Positions 11,321-23,719 of a DNA stretch of 64,000 nt are shown here, piece by piece (position 1 is the first letter of the stretch; each line of letters opens with the position of its first letter). The notes under the pieces were generated by a model. That model was not told the DNA's origin, ran no database searches, and saw only the letters and a list, made by a program, of their open reading frames with translations. Source of the stretch: Chiloscyllium plagiosum. Lineage: Eukaryota. The position numbers were made by a program, and so were the translations under genes. The DNA lies in NCBI RefSeq assembly GCF_004010195.1, contig NC_057719.1, positions 73,025,446-73,089,445 of the forward strand, read 5' to 3'.

Positions 11321-11900
11321 CTACTGTGCTCATTGTTCTCAATGTGGTCTCTACATTGGGGAGACAGGACGCCAACTCACGGAACATTTCAGACAACATC
11401 TCTGGGACATGCACATCAAACAACCTCATCACCCTGTAGTCGACCACTTCAACTCCCCCTCCCACTCAGCCAAGGACATGCAAGTCCTAGGCCTCGTTCA
11501 CTGCCAAATCCTAGCCACTTGATGCCTGGAGGAAGAACGGCCCATCTACTGCCTTGGGACTCTCCAACCACACGGCATCAGCGTCAATTTCACCAGTTTC
11601 CTCATCTCACCTTCCCCCACCCTATCCCAGACCCAACCCTCCAACTTGGCACCACCCTCTTGAACTGTCCCACCTATCCATCTATCTTTCCACTTATTCA
11701 CTCCACCCTCCACTCCGACCTATCAACCCCCTCCTGCATCTACCTATCACCTTCCCAACCTCACACCACCTCTCATATTTATCTCTCAGTCCCCTTCCCC
11801 CACCACACACCCACTTCCTGATGAAGGGCTTATGCCTGATCCTCCTGCTCCTCAGATGCTGCCTGACCTGCTTTGCTTTTCCTGTGCCACCCTTTTCGAC
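11319..11900 (+). mobile_element. Penelope-like element (Neptune-type) 3' end: GIY-YIG endonuclease, C-rich UTR and family A pseudo-LTR
   Basis: Frame from 11319: IYCAHCSQCGLYIGETGRQLTEHFRQH..HFNSPSHS..LEEERPIYCLGTLQPHGI (one stop); CTGATGAAGGGCTTATGCC at 11818 (hammerhead with the GAAACGTC segment partly deleted). Confidence 0.92.
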
Positions 11901-12919
11901 TCTGCCCTATTTACCCGCAGTACAATCAGTGTTATGCCCCCTTTCAGCCCTTGAATTGGAACCCATTACAACAGAAATCTCAAAAATCTCACAACACCTT
12001 CGAGTTCAATGCATCTGGTTTCTGCCAGGCCGTTTCCAGGATACACAACAATAAGAAAGAAGTACAACACTCAATTAGCCTCAGAGCAGCTGCTTTTCGT
12101 GGATTTAATGAATGTGTAAAACACAAAGTGTACACGATGTTTTCTGTGTTAATTGGCTTAAAGTGTGTTGAACACAATCAAATTAGGTAACCGCCACATT
12201 ATGTGAACAATTTATGTTGCACTATAATTACCAATTTTCCTTGGTCACAGATTGTGTAAAGTGAATTTTCAAATTGGTATTTAAATTGCAAACGTTGTAT
12301 CACTGGTTTATTTTAATTATAAAACCTGAACACTAAACTGTGACTGAGTATTGCCAGTGTTATCAGGGCAGTGTAGTCACCATATTTGTGTTTCTTTTTC
12401 TTTTTTCAGAGCATTAGGAGGTCTGAATACTTAATTAGCAACCAGCACCAATGAGCATTCCTATAATTCATTACCATTTTCAGAAATTTAATCAGCACCA
12501 ATGCTTTTGCGGGAAAGGGTTAAGTTACCTTCTTCATTAGTAGAACTGAATACACAACATCTAGAAATAGATTATTGTTTATGTTATGGCAAATTATCTC
12601 TGTAATTTGTTTTAGCTCCTTAGCAATGGTGAAAGTGTGTTGAAATATGGACTTTATCTCTTAGTTGGTTTTACCTGAAACTGAATAGTTGCTAAAGTGT
12701 TTATTTTGAACACAATTTAATGCTGCCTCCGGGAGAGGGTGGGCTGAGCTAATTAAACAAGAACCAACATTTGAAAATGACAGTGGAAAGTTCCGACTGA
12801 AAGAATAGGTTGGCAGTATGACAACGACAGGTAAAGGCTCACATTGTCCTGAGGCAGGTTCCCACTTGGAAGATGAATACTGATCATCTTAAAACTTTCT
12901 GAAATTAAGTCCAACTTTA

Positions 12920-13022
12920 AAATATCTGCTACAGGAAGAGGTGGGAACTGGAACAGGTGGGACTTGAACTCTGATTTTCAAGTTCAGAGGTACGGACATG
13001 ACCACTGCAAGAGAAAAGCCCC
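12920..13022 (-). mobile_element. Short tRNA-derived SINE, decayed
   Basis: B-box GAGTTCAAGTCCCACC on the minus strand; same family as 56314-56625. Confidence 0.55.
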
Positions 13023-15592
13023 ATCAATTTTTAAGATGAAGTAAACAGCACAAAGGGGACCCATGGCACCTAGTAGTGGGCAATAACGCTGATTTGCGAT
13101 TGGACAACCATGTCTGAGATGGATGGTTGTCTTTGTTGAACTCTGTAGTGGAAGGCAAAGGAATAAAAGAATTGAATGGAGAATTGGATGGAGGATCGGG
13201 CCTTATATATACACAAGGTCCCTGTCCCTCAGCTCTTTGTTCTACAGACTCACAACTATCTGAGGGAAGAAATTTCTCCTCAATTCAGTTTAAGATAGGC
13301 ATCCCCTTATTCTGAGATTATGCCCTCTGGTCCGGGACTTCCATAAGGGGAAACATCCTCTCCACACTTACTCTGTCAACCCCCTTAAGAATCCTGTATA
13401 TTTCAGTGAAATCATCTCTCATTCTTCTAAATGCCTGTGAGTAGAGGCCCAATCTGTTTGCCCATCAGATAATCGTCATCCTAGTGAACCTTCTCTGAAC
13501 TGCCTCCAATGAAATATCTTTCCTGAAATAAGGGGTCCAAAAATGATCACAATACTCCGAATATCCTCTCACTAGCATCTTATACAGGTCCAGTAAAACT
13601 TTTCTCCTCTTATATTCCAACACCCTTGCAATAAGGGCTGATGTTCCATTAATATTCCTGATTACCTGCTGCACCTGTATGCTAGCTTCCTGTGTTTCAT
13701 GTGCAAGTCCCTTTGTATGCAGCTTTCTGTAGTTTTTAAATAGTATTCTGTTCTTTTGTTCTCCCTTCCAAAATGAACATCCATTTTTCCACATTACGCT
13801 CCATTTACCTAACCTATCAATATTTCTTGGATTGTGTTCCTCTCATAACCTGCCTTTCCAACTATTTTGTGGTATCTTTAAATTTGCCAACATTCACTTC
13901 CTTCCTCTAAGTCATTAATATACATTGTAAACAATTGCAGTCCCAGCACTGATCCCTGTGGAACCCCATTGATCAGAGGTCACCAACTTGAAAAAGATAC
14001 CCGTATCTCCACCCACTGTTTCCTGTCCATAAGCCAATGAGTACTTCTGCTGAATCTAGTAATCTTTGGAAAATTACATCCAGTGCATTCACTATCTCTG
14101 TAACTACCTCTTTTTGGATCCTAGGATGCCAGCCATTAGATCCAGGGGACTTATCTGCCTGTTAGCCCCATTACCTTGTCTAATAATACTTCTTTAGTGG
14201 TGGTTCCTCCCCCATATTCTCTTGTATCAATGGCATGTTCACAGTATCTTCCACCATAAAGACTGATGCAAAATATCTGTTTAACTCCTCTGACATTTCC
14301 ATGTTCCACAAAACCATCTCCCCAGAACCATCTTCAAGAAGGCCAGTGTTCACTTTGACCTATGTCTTCCTTTTCAGATATTTAAAGAAGCTCTTATTGT
14401 CAGCTTTTATCTTCCTTGCCAGTTTACTGATGTTGTTTATTTTCTCTCTCTTTGTTTTCTTTTTAGATCTCTTTTGCTGGATTCTGAATTTATTCCAGCC
14501 CCCAGGACTATCACTGACTTTGGTATCCTGATATACTTTTCCTTTCAACTTAATACTCGCCTTTACTTCTTTGCTTAGCTGTGATTGGTTATCCCTTTCT
14601 TAAAATCTTACCTCCTTACCGGAATGTATTTTTGCTGTGAATCATGAATTATTTCCTTAAGTATCTGTTGCTGCTTACTTAGGTCATTCTTGCCTATCTA
14701 TCCACCCAGTTCCCTTGAGTTAACTCTTCCCTCATTCTATTGTAATTCCTTTTCCTTAATTTAAACACAATTGCTTCCAATCCAAGTTTCTCTTCCTGAA
14801 ACTGAATAATAAATTCTATTGTGTTACAATCACGACTTCCAAGGGGAGTCTTTTCCTTGGAGGCCATTTAGTAAACCTGCCTCATTACTCATTACCGGAT
14901 CCAAGATAGCCTTCTCTCTGGTTGACTGCATGACATATTGCTCTAGGAAACGTTCCCTCAATCACTCTACCAATTTTTTGTTGTAACTACCCTTACCAAT
15001 TTGAGCAACACAATCAACTTGAAAATTAAAGTCACCCATAATCATTGCCACATTCTTTTACATGCACTTATTATTTGTTGATTGATAGCCTTCCCCACAG
15101 TTTAGAAGTTTGTATACCACTCCTACCCAATGTTATTTTCTCCTTTATTTTTCCCCGAATTTTATAATGAACTCAACATCATCCAAGTTTAGATCATCTG
15201 TCACAGCTGTCCTCGTGTGATTTCTTGTTAACAGTGCTACCCCACCACCTTTTCCATTCATTCTGTCTCTCCAAAAGGTTAAATATCCCTGAATGGTAAG
15301 TTTCTAATTTTAATCTCCTTGTAACCCTGTTTCCGTAATAGCTATGAGATCAAATTAATTGATCTCGATTTGCACCGTCAATTCATTTAATTTATTCTGA
15401 ATATTTTGTGCATTAAGGTGCAAAAGCTTTGTTTGTTTTATTACCGAATTTCCCTTCACTTTTATGGTTTCTCGGTGCAAGATGCCCCACCCCCATGAGC
15501 CCCCAATATCCTACTCTTTAGTCTAAAGCTGATCTGTAGCCCAAGTTATGGCATTCACCAGGAATCTGATCCCATCATGATTCAGGTGAAGA

Positions 15593-15727
15593 TGCTGAAG
15601 AAGGGTTACTGGACCCAAAACGTTAAATCTACTTTCACTCCACAGATGCTGCCAGACGTATTGAGTTTTTCAAGCAATTTCAGTTTGTGTTTCTGAATTC
15701 CTGCATCCACAGTTCTTTGGTTTTCAG
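15593..15727 (+). mobile_element. PLE pseudo-LTR fragment, family C, inserted in CR1; hammerhead with G12>A
   Basis: CTGAAGAAGGGTTACTGGACCCAAAACGTT at 15595-15624, then ccacagatgctgccagac; tcaggt on both flanks. Confidence 0.7.
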
Positions 15728-15874
15728 AACTCAGGTACAGTCTATCATATCAGAACAAGTTCTGTCCTTCCCCAGTACTGGGGTTAATGTCCCATGAAGT
15801 TGAACCTGTTTCTCCCATAAATCTTTGAACCACATGTTTATCTCTTTCATTTTGTTGACCCTGTTCCAATTAGC

Positions 15875-16618
15875 TCATGTCTCTGGTAGTAATCCAGAGA
15901 TTATTACCTTTTTGGTTCTGCTTTTAAATTTAGCCCTTAGCTGATCATATTCTCTCAGCAGAACCTCTTTACTCTTTCGACCTATAACAATGGTACCTTG
16001 ATGGACCACGACAACTAGAGCTTTCCCCTCCCACTCCTCATTCCACTGTAGCCCAGATGAGATACCCTGAACCTGGGCACCAGGATGGCAACACAGTCTT
16101 TGGGACTCTCGATCCTGGCCACAGAGAACAGTGTAACTTCCCCTGACTATACCATCCTCAATTACAACTACAGTATTATTTTCCCTTCCCTTTTGAATGG
16201 CTCCCCACACCATGGTGCTTTGGTCAGTTTGCTCATCTTCCCTCCAGCTCCCATTCTCATCCACACAGGGAGCAAGAGCTTCAAACCTGTTAGACAGGCT
16301 CAAGGGCTGAGGCTCCTTCAGCACTACCTCCTGAATCCCTTTACCTCCCTCACTTGTAGTCACACCGTCTGTCCCTGACCGCTGACCAAATTTGAGATCG
16401 TTAATCTCAGAACTGTGACAGCCTCCTGAGACACAGTGTCCAGGTAATGCCCCCCTCCCTAAAGTGTTACAATGTTCAAAGCTCAGACTCCAGTTCATCA
16501 ACTCTGAGCCAGAGTTCCTCAAGTAACTACTTACTACGGATATGGTCACTATGAACTGCAATGGGGTCCACCAGCTCCCCATCATGCAGATGTAACACAT
16601 TGCCTGGCCCTGCATCAC
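15875..16618 (-). pseudogene. CR1 ORF1 pseudogene (zinc finger/coiled coil plus SGNH esterase domain)
   Basis: CYICMM, LSLSNRFEAL, VVVIEDGIVRG (GDSIVR), CCHPGAQV, VVVHQGT, VIISGLLP. Confidence 0.85.
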
Positions 16619-17019
16619 TGTTTATTTACTTAGTTGTTAATTTGTAAAAAAATTCCTACTCATTTTTCAGCTTGTAATCTGTAAATATTTCCCCTATGTA
16701 CCTTCAATTTGAAAGTGTCCAAAAATGAGTGGTCAATTTAGCAGCTATTACCCAACCAATGGACTTATGGTTTTCCTGCGATGTCACTTTTTTGTGATGG
16801 GCCCCTGATCCTGAATTTCAATGTATCCTGTAAAAAGGGCTTACAAGTTGTGAGCTGAAAGGGCAAGCAAAAAGCACCTCTTCCCCTTTGCACCAAATTC
16901 CCAAGCTGCTCCAATATCCCCAAACTAGATATTCACTCAGACTGTGTCTGTCTCCAGATGTAACTTCTTCCTGACTGTGCGAAACTTACTGTATAACACA
17001 CTAAAGAAATATTAGTTAT

Positions 17020-17330
17020 TTTCCATCACTCCTGTCCTTGTTCACTTGCATTGGTTCACTGGTCTCCGATACCCTCAGTATAAAATTCTTCTCTTCAGTT
17101 ATAAATCTCTTCAGAGACTTAACCCACCATATTTTTGCTATACTCTTTACTCCTGTATTCCCATCATCCTCAGCATAGATTGTTTTGTGTAGATTTTCTG
17201 CATTTGCCATACTGCTGCTGACAGAAGCCTTCTTCATTCTTATACTCTCTACGTCCCTCTCCAAAGCCTCATTGCTCCATCCACATTAGGAAAGCTTTGC
17301 AACACCCAGATCTTTGACAAGGTTTTGGTC
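17020..17330 (+). mobile_element. L2 LINE ORF2 C-terminal fragment
   Basis: SITPVLVHLHWF..YKILLFSYKSLQRLNPPY matches L2 HITPVL..LHWL..FKILL..KSL..L.PPY. Confidence 0.75.
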
Positions 17331-17650
17331 ATTTTTTCCAGTCCCTCCTGTCCTGGTTTTTGCCCTGATGCTTTTCCCTGTCATGAAAACTAAAGGGATA
17401 TTTTCCTTGAATGGATAGCCACTTTAAAAAGCTGGCTGTGTTACTAAGTTAATCTGATACTGTTTTTTATTGCAATTCCTGGAAATGTGTTCAATTTTTT
17501 GCAAATGATTTCCAATATGCCAATATTTTTCACCAAAATCACAAGCAAACCAACAGGCACAGAGAGAAGAAAAGCTGATGAACGGAAGAGCAAAACATCC
17601 TTCATTTGACATAAATTCTTTTGTATGTGGAGCACTCCCACTCTTGTCAA

Positions 17651-17998
17651 CCTTAGCTCAGTGGTTGTCTTCTCACGTTGGAGTTACAATGTGTAGGTTC
17701 AATTCACGCCCCAGAGTGCGTAAGTCTCAGCTGCTACTCCCCTGAGGGTGTCAAATGTGTCATCTTGTGGTTGAGACATTAAACTGAGGCCCTGTTTCTC
17801 CCTCCATGTGGATCTTAAAGATCCCACATCAATATTCCAAGAAGAACGTGAGAGGTCCCATAATCCTGGGCAATATTTGTCCTTTAGTTAATAACACTAA
17901 TACAGATTATCAGGCCAGTTGCTGCATTATAGTTTGGTGAGCTATGCATAAATTGTCAACAACCTGAAGATGTGAAAGGCACTTCAAAATTGCAAATT
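17651..17998 (+). mobile_element. tRNA-headed Deu-domain SINE (SacSINE1/AmnSINE-like)
   Basis: A-box TAGCTCAGTGG, B-box GGTTCAATTC, Deu motifs TTAAACTGAGGCCC, GTGGATCTTAAAGATCCCA, TCCTGGGCAATATTT. Confidence 0.75.
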
Positions 17999-18649
17999 CT
18001 CAGAAAATGCATTAAGCTCCGATTGACATTACTCTGTGACCACAAATCTCCAAGGAGGAGTTATACAATTCCAGACAGAATTGTAAGGCTCTTGAAATGC
18101 AAGCAAACATTTCAAATGCTAATGTGTGATTCTACTTTAAGCAAGTAAGTCATATTTTATCAACTAAGTGCCTGGCACAATGTATATTTTTATTTTAACA
18201 TCAGTGCTGTTTTCAATATCAATGTTACAGCATTGATGTTGTGTAGCAGCAATCTATTATCTGCAATCTACATTATGCAATGGCTGAAAAGAATTCAGTC
18301 AAGGGACAGTGCAGCATTCATTGAAAACCCAGTTGTAATGTTTGGTTTTGAGATCAGGTCATATAGCTGTTAGTTCTGCTTCAAAGGAAATTGTCAATTC
18401 AATCTGGGGAGAAAAATCACAGCCCACAGTTAATACAGATCAAAAGCTTCTTGCAACAATGAGAACATTGCATATCTTTCTGAGCTGACGCTGATAGAAT
18501 TTGAATACATGAAAGGATAGGAACACACACAGATACTTCAAACTTTGTTTGTTTTATTTACTTTCTACATCTACTAATAGTAAACAAATTAACATAGTTA
18601 AAATGTAATGTTACAACAAGAGCTATCAATGATTGCCAGCTCAAACTGG

Positions 18650-19560
18650 ATGACTTCTGTACCACTTATTCCATAACTTGAACAAACCCTATTATCGATG
18701 ATATTTACATCTACTATTAGAGTTTGATAATGATGTATAAATTAGCTTTCAGACAGCAGGTTATTTGCAGGCTTGTTTCTCTATTCATTGAAACATTGCC
18801 TCAGCTGCATTTGGATAAGGGGATTCCAAACATATTGCTTTCTCACAGGAAGGGATGAAATACAAATGGTGTACTATTAGATCAAGTAGTTAGGAGCTTG
18901 TGTTCTTTCTGTTTAGTGTTGTGATAGTGAGATAAATTTATGCTGAGAAGCAAGTAATACATTTCAAATGTAAACAGATAATTTGCACCTAATGTTTGTA
19001 CTTTATAAAGTTGGTATAATGTTGGAGCTACATTTCTATGACAGTCTTCAACTGATAGCTGTGATTACACTGAGGCAACACACATCTTATACTAATATAG
19101 TTTTGGTCTATTCACCCATTGTTGGTCCATTTCTTTGTCAACATTTGCACTGCTTTTCAGTTTTGAGCAGTTCATTATGAACAAGGATGAGCAATGCAGG
19201 CATTGAAAGGAACTCAATCTTAGAATGATATATATGAAAATACATGAGGAATGGTAGACAGCAATCAGGCACAGTGAAAAATTCAAGATGTTGTAAGTTT
19301 CTTGAGCCAACAGATAATGACAGAATAGTCAACCCTTCTTAGAAAGGGAAATTAAGCAATTACATGTTGAATGGATTGAATATTGGATATACCATACAAT
19401 ATAACTTCTAATATTTCCTTTGTTGAAGCATTATTACACAAAACAGAAGAGTAACAGAATCAGACCTGGAGAGAAGCTGTGAAAGTGATTCAAACTCTAA
19501 TAGTAGATGACTACCTTGAACTCATTCTAGAATGGGTTATTTAATGTACTGACTTGTAGG
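18650..19560 (+). mobile_element. Possible very old PLE RT/endonuclease relic
   Basis: Ordered, degenerate motifs IDDIYI (~18692), IVLVYSP (~19097), SRCCKF, WIYH; many stops. Confidence 0.3.
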
Positions 19561-19897
19561 CTAACAAACACTTATCCATGTGTTATTTTATGATTCAAAA
19601 ATAAATGTGAAAAGCAATCCATTGTCTTTTGTGATCTTTTTTCAGACATAGCATTCAGCTCTTTTCCCAATTCTGAATGTGACATTGCACATTTGTATGT
19701 GAAAATGACAATAGTGTTAACTTTACGAGCTGGTTTGATTAAGTTTGTGGGGAGAGCACTTATCAACAAAGGAGAAAACATTAATTAGATTCTGCTGCTG
19801 CGATCAACAATGAGGGAGTAATGACCATAAATGTATCATGACAAGTTTATTAATAAATATTTACTAGCTAATTAATAAAATGTTTTTCAGTCAGTAT

Positions 19898-20684
19898 TGT
19901 TATGATCCTAACTGATGGTACTACTGAGCAAATTAGATCCCAGAGTGAAATTTTGACAGACTATAGTTTTACAAGTTATTTGCTGTGGGGGTTAGTCACT
20001 GAATATATTCACATGAGGCTGCCAATTTACTTTTAACAAAAGAACTTGGAATCAATTCACAAAAAAATTGAAGAAGCAAAACTACATGGCAATTTAGAAC
20101 AAGCTTATCATGAGCAATGAAATATTCAATGCTTTTTTTCCCAATAAGTTCCTTTACAGGCACTGAAACCCAGTGAAGTATCATACTCATTTTCATTTTT
20201 TTTCTTAATTAACTGACACCCAGGCTAGCATTCCTTTCAATGACTTTGTGCACATCCACCTGATATGATTCGCTGCATTACTCTCTCTCTGTCTCTTTCT
20301 CTCTCTCTCAGAGAGACATAGACAGGCGGAATGTGACTTTTCCTGACTGAATTCTTAAAAAAATCTCAGGGCTTCTTCCAGCTGAGCCTACTTGGATTGT
20401 TAAAACAGCTCACTATTTCTTCCTTGTCTGATGGCATGGGGAACAGGAAAACTAATCTACCCTTCTGCTGGTGGTAAACAATTCAACAATTATCTCTCCA
20501 GGTCACTTACCTAGTCGTTTAGCTTCAGTCATGTGATTTCTTAGAAGTGCAATTTTAACCCTACCTTCACAGAACTAAAGATCAAAAAGTCATTTATTAC
20601 TACTTTGAACTCAAGTTCCCAATTAATAATATAATATAAATTTTCCCAGTATGTCCAATACAATATACATGTTCAGCAGTAACA
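19898..20684 (-). mobile_element. Solo LTR related to the LTR at 2816-3672
   Basis: TGTTATGATCC..CTGATG..ACTG..AGATCCCAGA.TGAAATTT is the reverse complement of the 3620-3672 end; other end GTAACA at 20684; no clear TSD. Confidence 0.5.
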
Positions 20685-20924
20685 GATACAGCATCTATCA
20701 ATGTTAGGCAACATTAAATGATCTGCTGTACTACCTGGAGTGGATCCAAAATGTGTAACAGCCTTGCTTTAAATCCAATTAAATATTTCTCAATAAGATT
20801 GTGAAATGTTTGTGTTCTGTAATGAAAGTGTATAAAATACAGAATTTAATTTCTCTCAAGAGTAATGTTGAAATCAGGCTTTTTTTTTATAAAGCTTTCT
20901 TCTTTCCTCTTCACTGGCTGCTTT

Positions 20925-21257
20925 GGCTTATTGATACAACTATTGTCTCTGAGATCTGAGGGTTTCAAACCCCACTCCAAAGATTTAAGCAATGCAATGT
21001 GAAAGATGTCACCTTTCAGAAGACTTGAAAGGAATCCAGTGGTATTATTTTTAGAAAAGTTCGGTATTTTCCTGCTTTCCTGGCTAACTTTTCCCTCAGA
21101 AACATTAAACACATACAATCTATTTATTTTATTGCTGTTTACATGGCCTAGCTGTCACATGTTGGTTGCCTCATTCATCTACATTATAACAATGCCAAGA
21201 TCAATGGCTGTGGAGTATCTTTAGACTCCTTGAGGTTCTCAATCAAAGTGCTTTCTA
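20925..21257 (+). mobile_element. Deu-domain SINE, decayed
   Basis: GGTTTCAAACCCCACTCCA, TCCTGGCTAAC..CCCTCA, ATTGCTGTTT, L2-like tail. Confidence 0.6.
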
Positions 21258-21299
21258 TTTTAGCCAATTTGGTCTTCTTTGGGGAAGTAATTTGGGGCA

Positions 21300-21470
21300 G
21301 ATTATTTCAGTTGCCTCGATGGCTAACATGTGGTTTGGAATAACGTAAATGCCGCAGATTTCATTCCTAAACCAGCGAAGGTAAACTTGGGACTGGGGAT
21401 GGCAAATCACGGCAAATAAAAATGACCAAAGAAAATGGCTCAGGATGAAGCATCGTCAGACAATGAGCAA
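21300..21470 (+). mobile_element. Decayed tRNA-derived SINE (same type as 38205-38440)
   Basis: ttatttcagttgcct.gatggct..ttcattcct..accagcgaagg head. Confidence 0.4.
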
Positions 21471-21505
21471 AGAGTTGCCTTTGGGTAGAGTACACATGAA
21501 ATAAG

Positions 21506-21629
21506 GAGAAAGTGAGGACTGCAGATACTGGAGATCAGAGTCAAAATGTGTGGCGCTGGAAAAGCACAACAGGTCAGGCAGCATCCGAGGAGCAGGAGAG
21601 TTGACGTTCTGGGCATAAGCCCTTCATCA
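21506..21629 (-). mobile_element. PLE pseudo-LTR fragment, family A
   Basis: gagaaagtgaggactgcagat..gggcataagcccttcatca; hammerhead GAAA mutated to AGAA. Confidence 0.85.
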
Positions 21630-23510
21630 CAAAAGATGAATAACATAATAAAAGACAAACAATTCCAAGAAATCTGAAGCACTCTGGGCATGATAGAAGA
21701 GCAAGAGGAGAACATTGTGCCAAATGCAGTGTTACTTGGGCAAGAACAGGACAACAGAAATGGCGCATAATTGAAAAAGCAGGGAACAATTTAATCAAAA
21801 ACAATGCTAAACAGATGGGGATAGCTGATCTTTGCAAGGCAAATGAGCTGGCTTGAGTGCACCAAGTACACGAGCAGACTTCTTAAACTTGAGTTGCAAA
21901 TAACTGATTTTCATGACATATGGATATAACATACCCAGATTGCATCATTGATAATGAGTTGGTTAGTTCTAATGTAAGCTGATATGCAGTGATATGAGCA
22001 AACCATTTCACATGCAGAAACCATTGCTAGTTCCTTTACAGCCCTAAAGAAGACAACACAATTTCAGCAGGTGGAGATTGCTCATGATGTTTGGTGTTAA
22101 TGTACCAAGCTAGCAATTTTTACAAACTCTTTTGAAATCTCAAAGTATTGGCAGCAGACTTCTTGAGGAATCGCTGATTGGGAGCATTTGAAATATAAAT
22201 GTATTCATCTTGAGAAGAATCAATCCCTGGTGTAGGCTACCCACACATGATGCCAAGTTGATGCAGACCCATAATCTGCAGAAGTGCCAAACTGGGGAGA
22301 GCAGTTACTTTAGTCTTATAATGTAACTGAATAACTGCCAGCTGGGAAAGTCCATTGGGTTTTTCAGAAAAACTAAAAGACATCCCTGTTGCTCTCCAAA
22401 GTCTTTAAGTGAGAGGCAGCTGATAAATTAGGACCCCCAAGCCCCAGCCTTTATCCTATTCACATTATCATGCAAGCTGAATGAGAATAAAACAGCACTA
22501 AAAGACAATGAGAAACAGAAGGGAACTTTAATAACAGCTCAGCAAAAAGCAGGAGTGTTTAAACATTCTCGTAACATTAGGCAAGAATAACCCAAAACTG
22601 AGAAGTCAGAGACGGAAAAGAGTGATAACAAATAGACAAAAACAAACCAAATTAATAAAACAATTGGAAAACTGAGTATTTCAAAAGCAGTTTTTAACAT
22701 GGCTTATCTAAACAGACAGAAAATAAAAGGCCAGGGCAGGAGATTTCCCAAGGACATTGGCCCAACAATTTTGCAGCAAAATCAATTGTACTTTTTTATC
22801 TGTTTCCGAAATGTAAAATTGACATCACGGATCAAGTGGGTTTAAAAATCTGGAGGCTTCTACTAATGCATGGTGGAAGGGTTAAGGGTTTTGTGAGGGT
22901 CAGGGACATGAATTTATAAGCCCAGAATGGTCCTGGAGTGCAAATTGAGTATCTACTTTGGTATTTTTGAAGAATAACATTGTTGTCCTCTCAACATGTT
23001 TTTGAGAAAGCCTTACTAGCACAGTGCAGGGATTAAACAATTCCTGAGTGCCATGACTGCGATTGATTTGTTTGAGTCAATCTGTAATCACATGGTCAAT
23101 GAGAAATTAGAGGCTTCATTTTCATTGCTGCTGAAGCTGATGCCGTCACTGTCATCCCACTGGGTGTTGGCATATTACAAATTTTGGATAGTCTATGCAA
23201 AAGGAATTTAGGAATATCAAAATGTTGAGAGGAGACAATTTGTATGGTGTCCAAAATTCAATATCTTGGTAAATCCTGCTATTAGTTTTTGCACAAACCA
23301 TACCATATTGATGATTCACTCCCTAAAGGCAAATCAATCATGACAGAAAATGGGAACTGACTCTGTTCAACTGAGAAGATCACTCTTGATTGCCACACTT
23401 GATAGCAGTTAATTTGACTAAAAATTTAAAATCAATTTTTCTCTACATAGCACTTTCTAGCAAGGCATAATGAGCAGGGCAACACAATTCTTGATGAGCT
23501 GGCATCTTAA
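21630..23510 (+). pseudogene. Decayed A-rich coding relic of a retroelement; 3' part RNase H-like
   Basis: Long frames broken mostly by TGA/TAA/TAG; one frame 23115-23510 reads IAAEADAV..GILQILDS..TICMVS..KSIMTENGN..ARHNEQGNTILDELAS*. Confidence 0.35.
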
Positions 23511-23719
23511 AATTTGCATGTGTCCATATGTTCAAATGCTTTACAGACAGTTATCCGCAAATCAATGTGAAAGCAAATCGTATAAGAGGTGATTTGTTAT
23601 TTGAACAATTGGGTGATCAGCACCTTACACTTGTGGTTTACAGAACGGCATTTATACAAAAAGGATCATAAAATCAAGGAATCTTCCAAACTTGCACAGG
23701 TTCTCCCAAAGAACTGACT

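Larger units (their letters stand above)
13200..16950 (-). mobile_element. Near full-span, internally deleted CR1 LINE (ORF1, endonuclease, linker, RT C-terminus, 3' UTR)
   Basis: ORF1 remnant ~15830-16620; APE motifs near 14880-15430 (MIMGDFN, ILDPVMSN); KIKADNKSFFKYLKRK (14360-14548); LYKMLVR..EYCDHFWTPYFRKD (13465-13794). Confidence 0.85.

Noticed and set aside
11333..12054. 162-aa and 166-aa Pro/His-rich ORFs (also 48947-49549)
   Set aside because: Out-of-frame readings of the PLE endonuclease tail and C-rich UTR.
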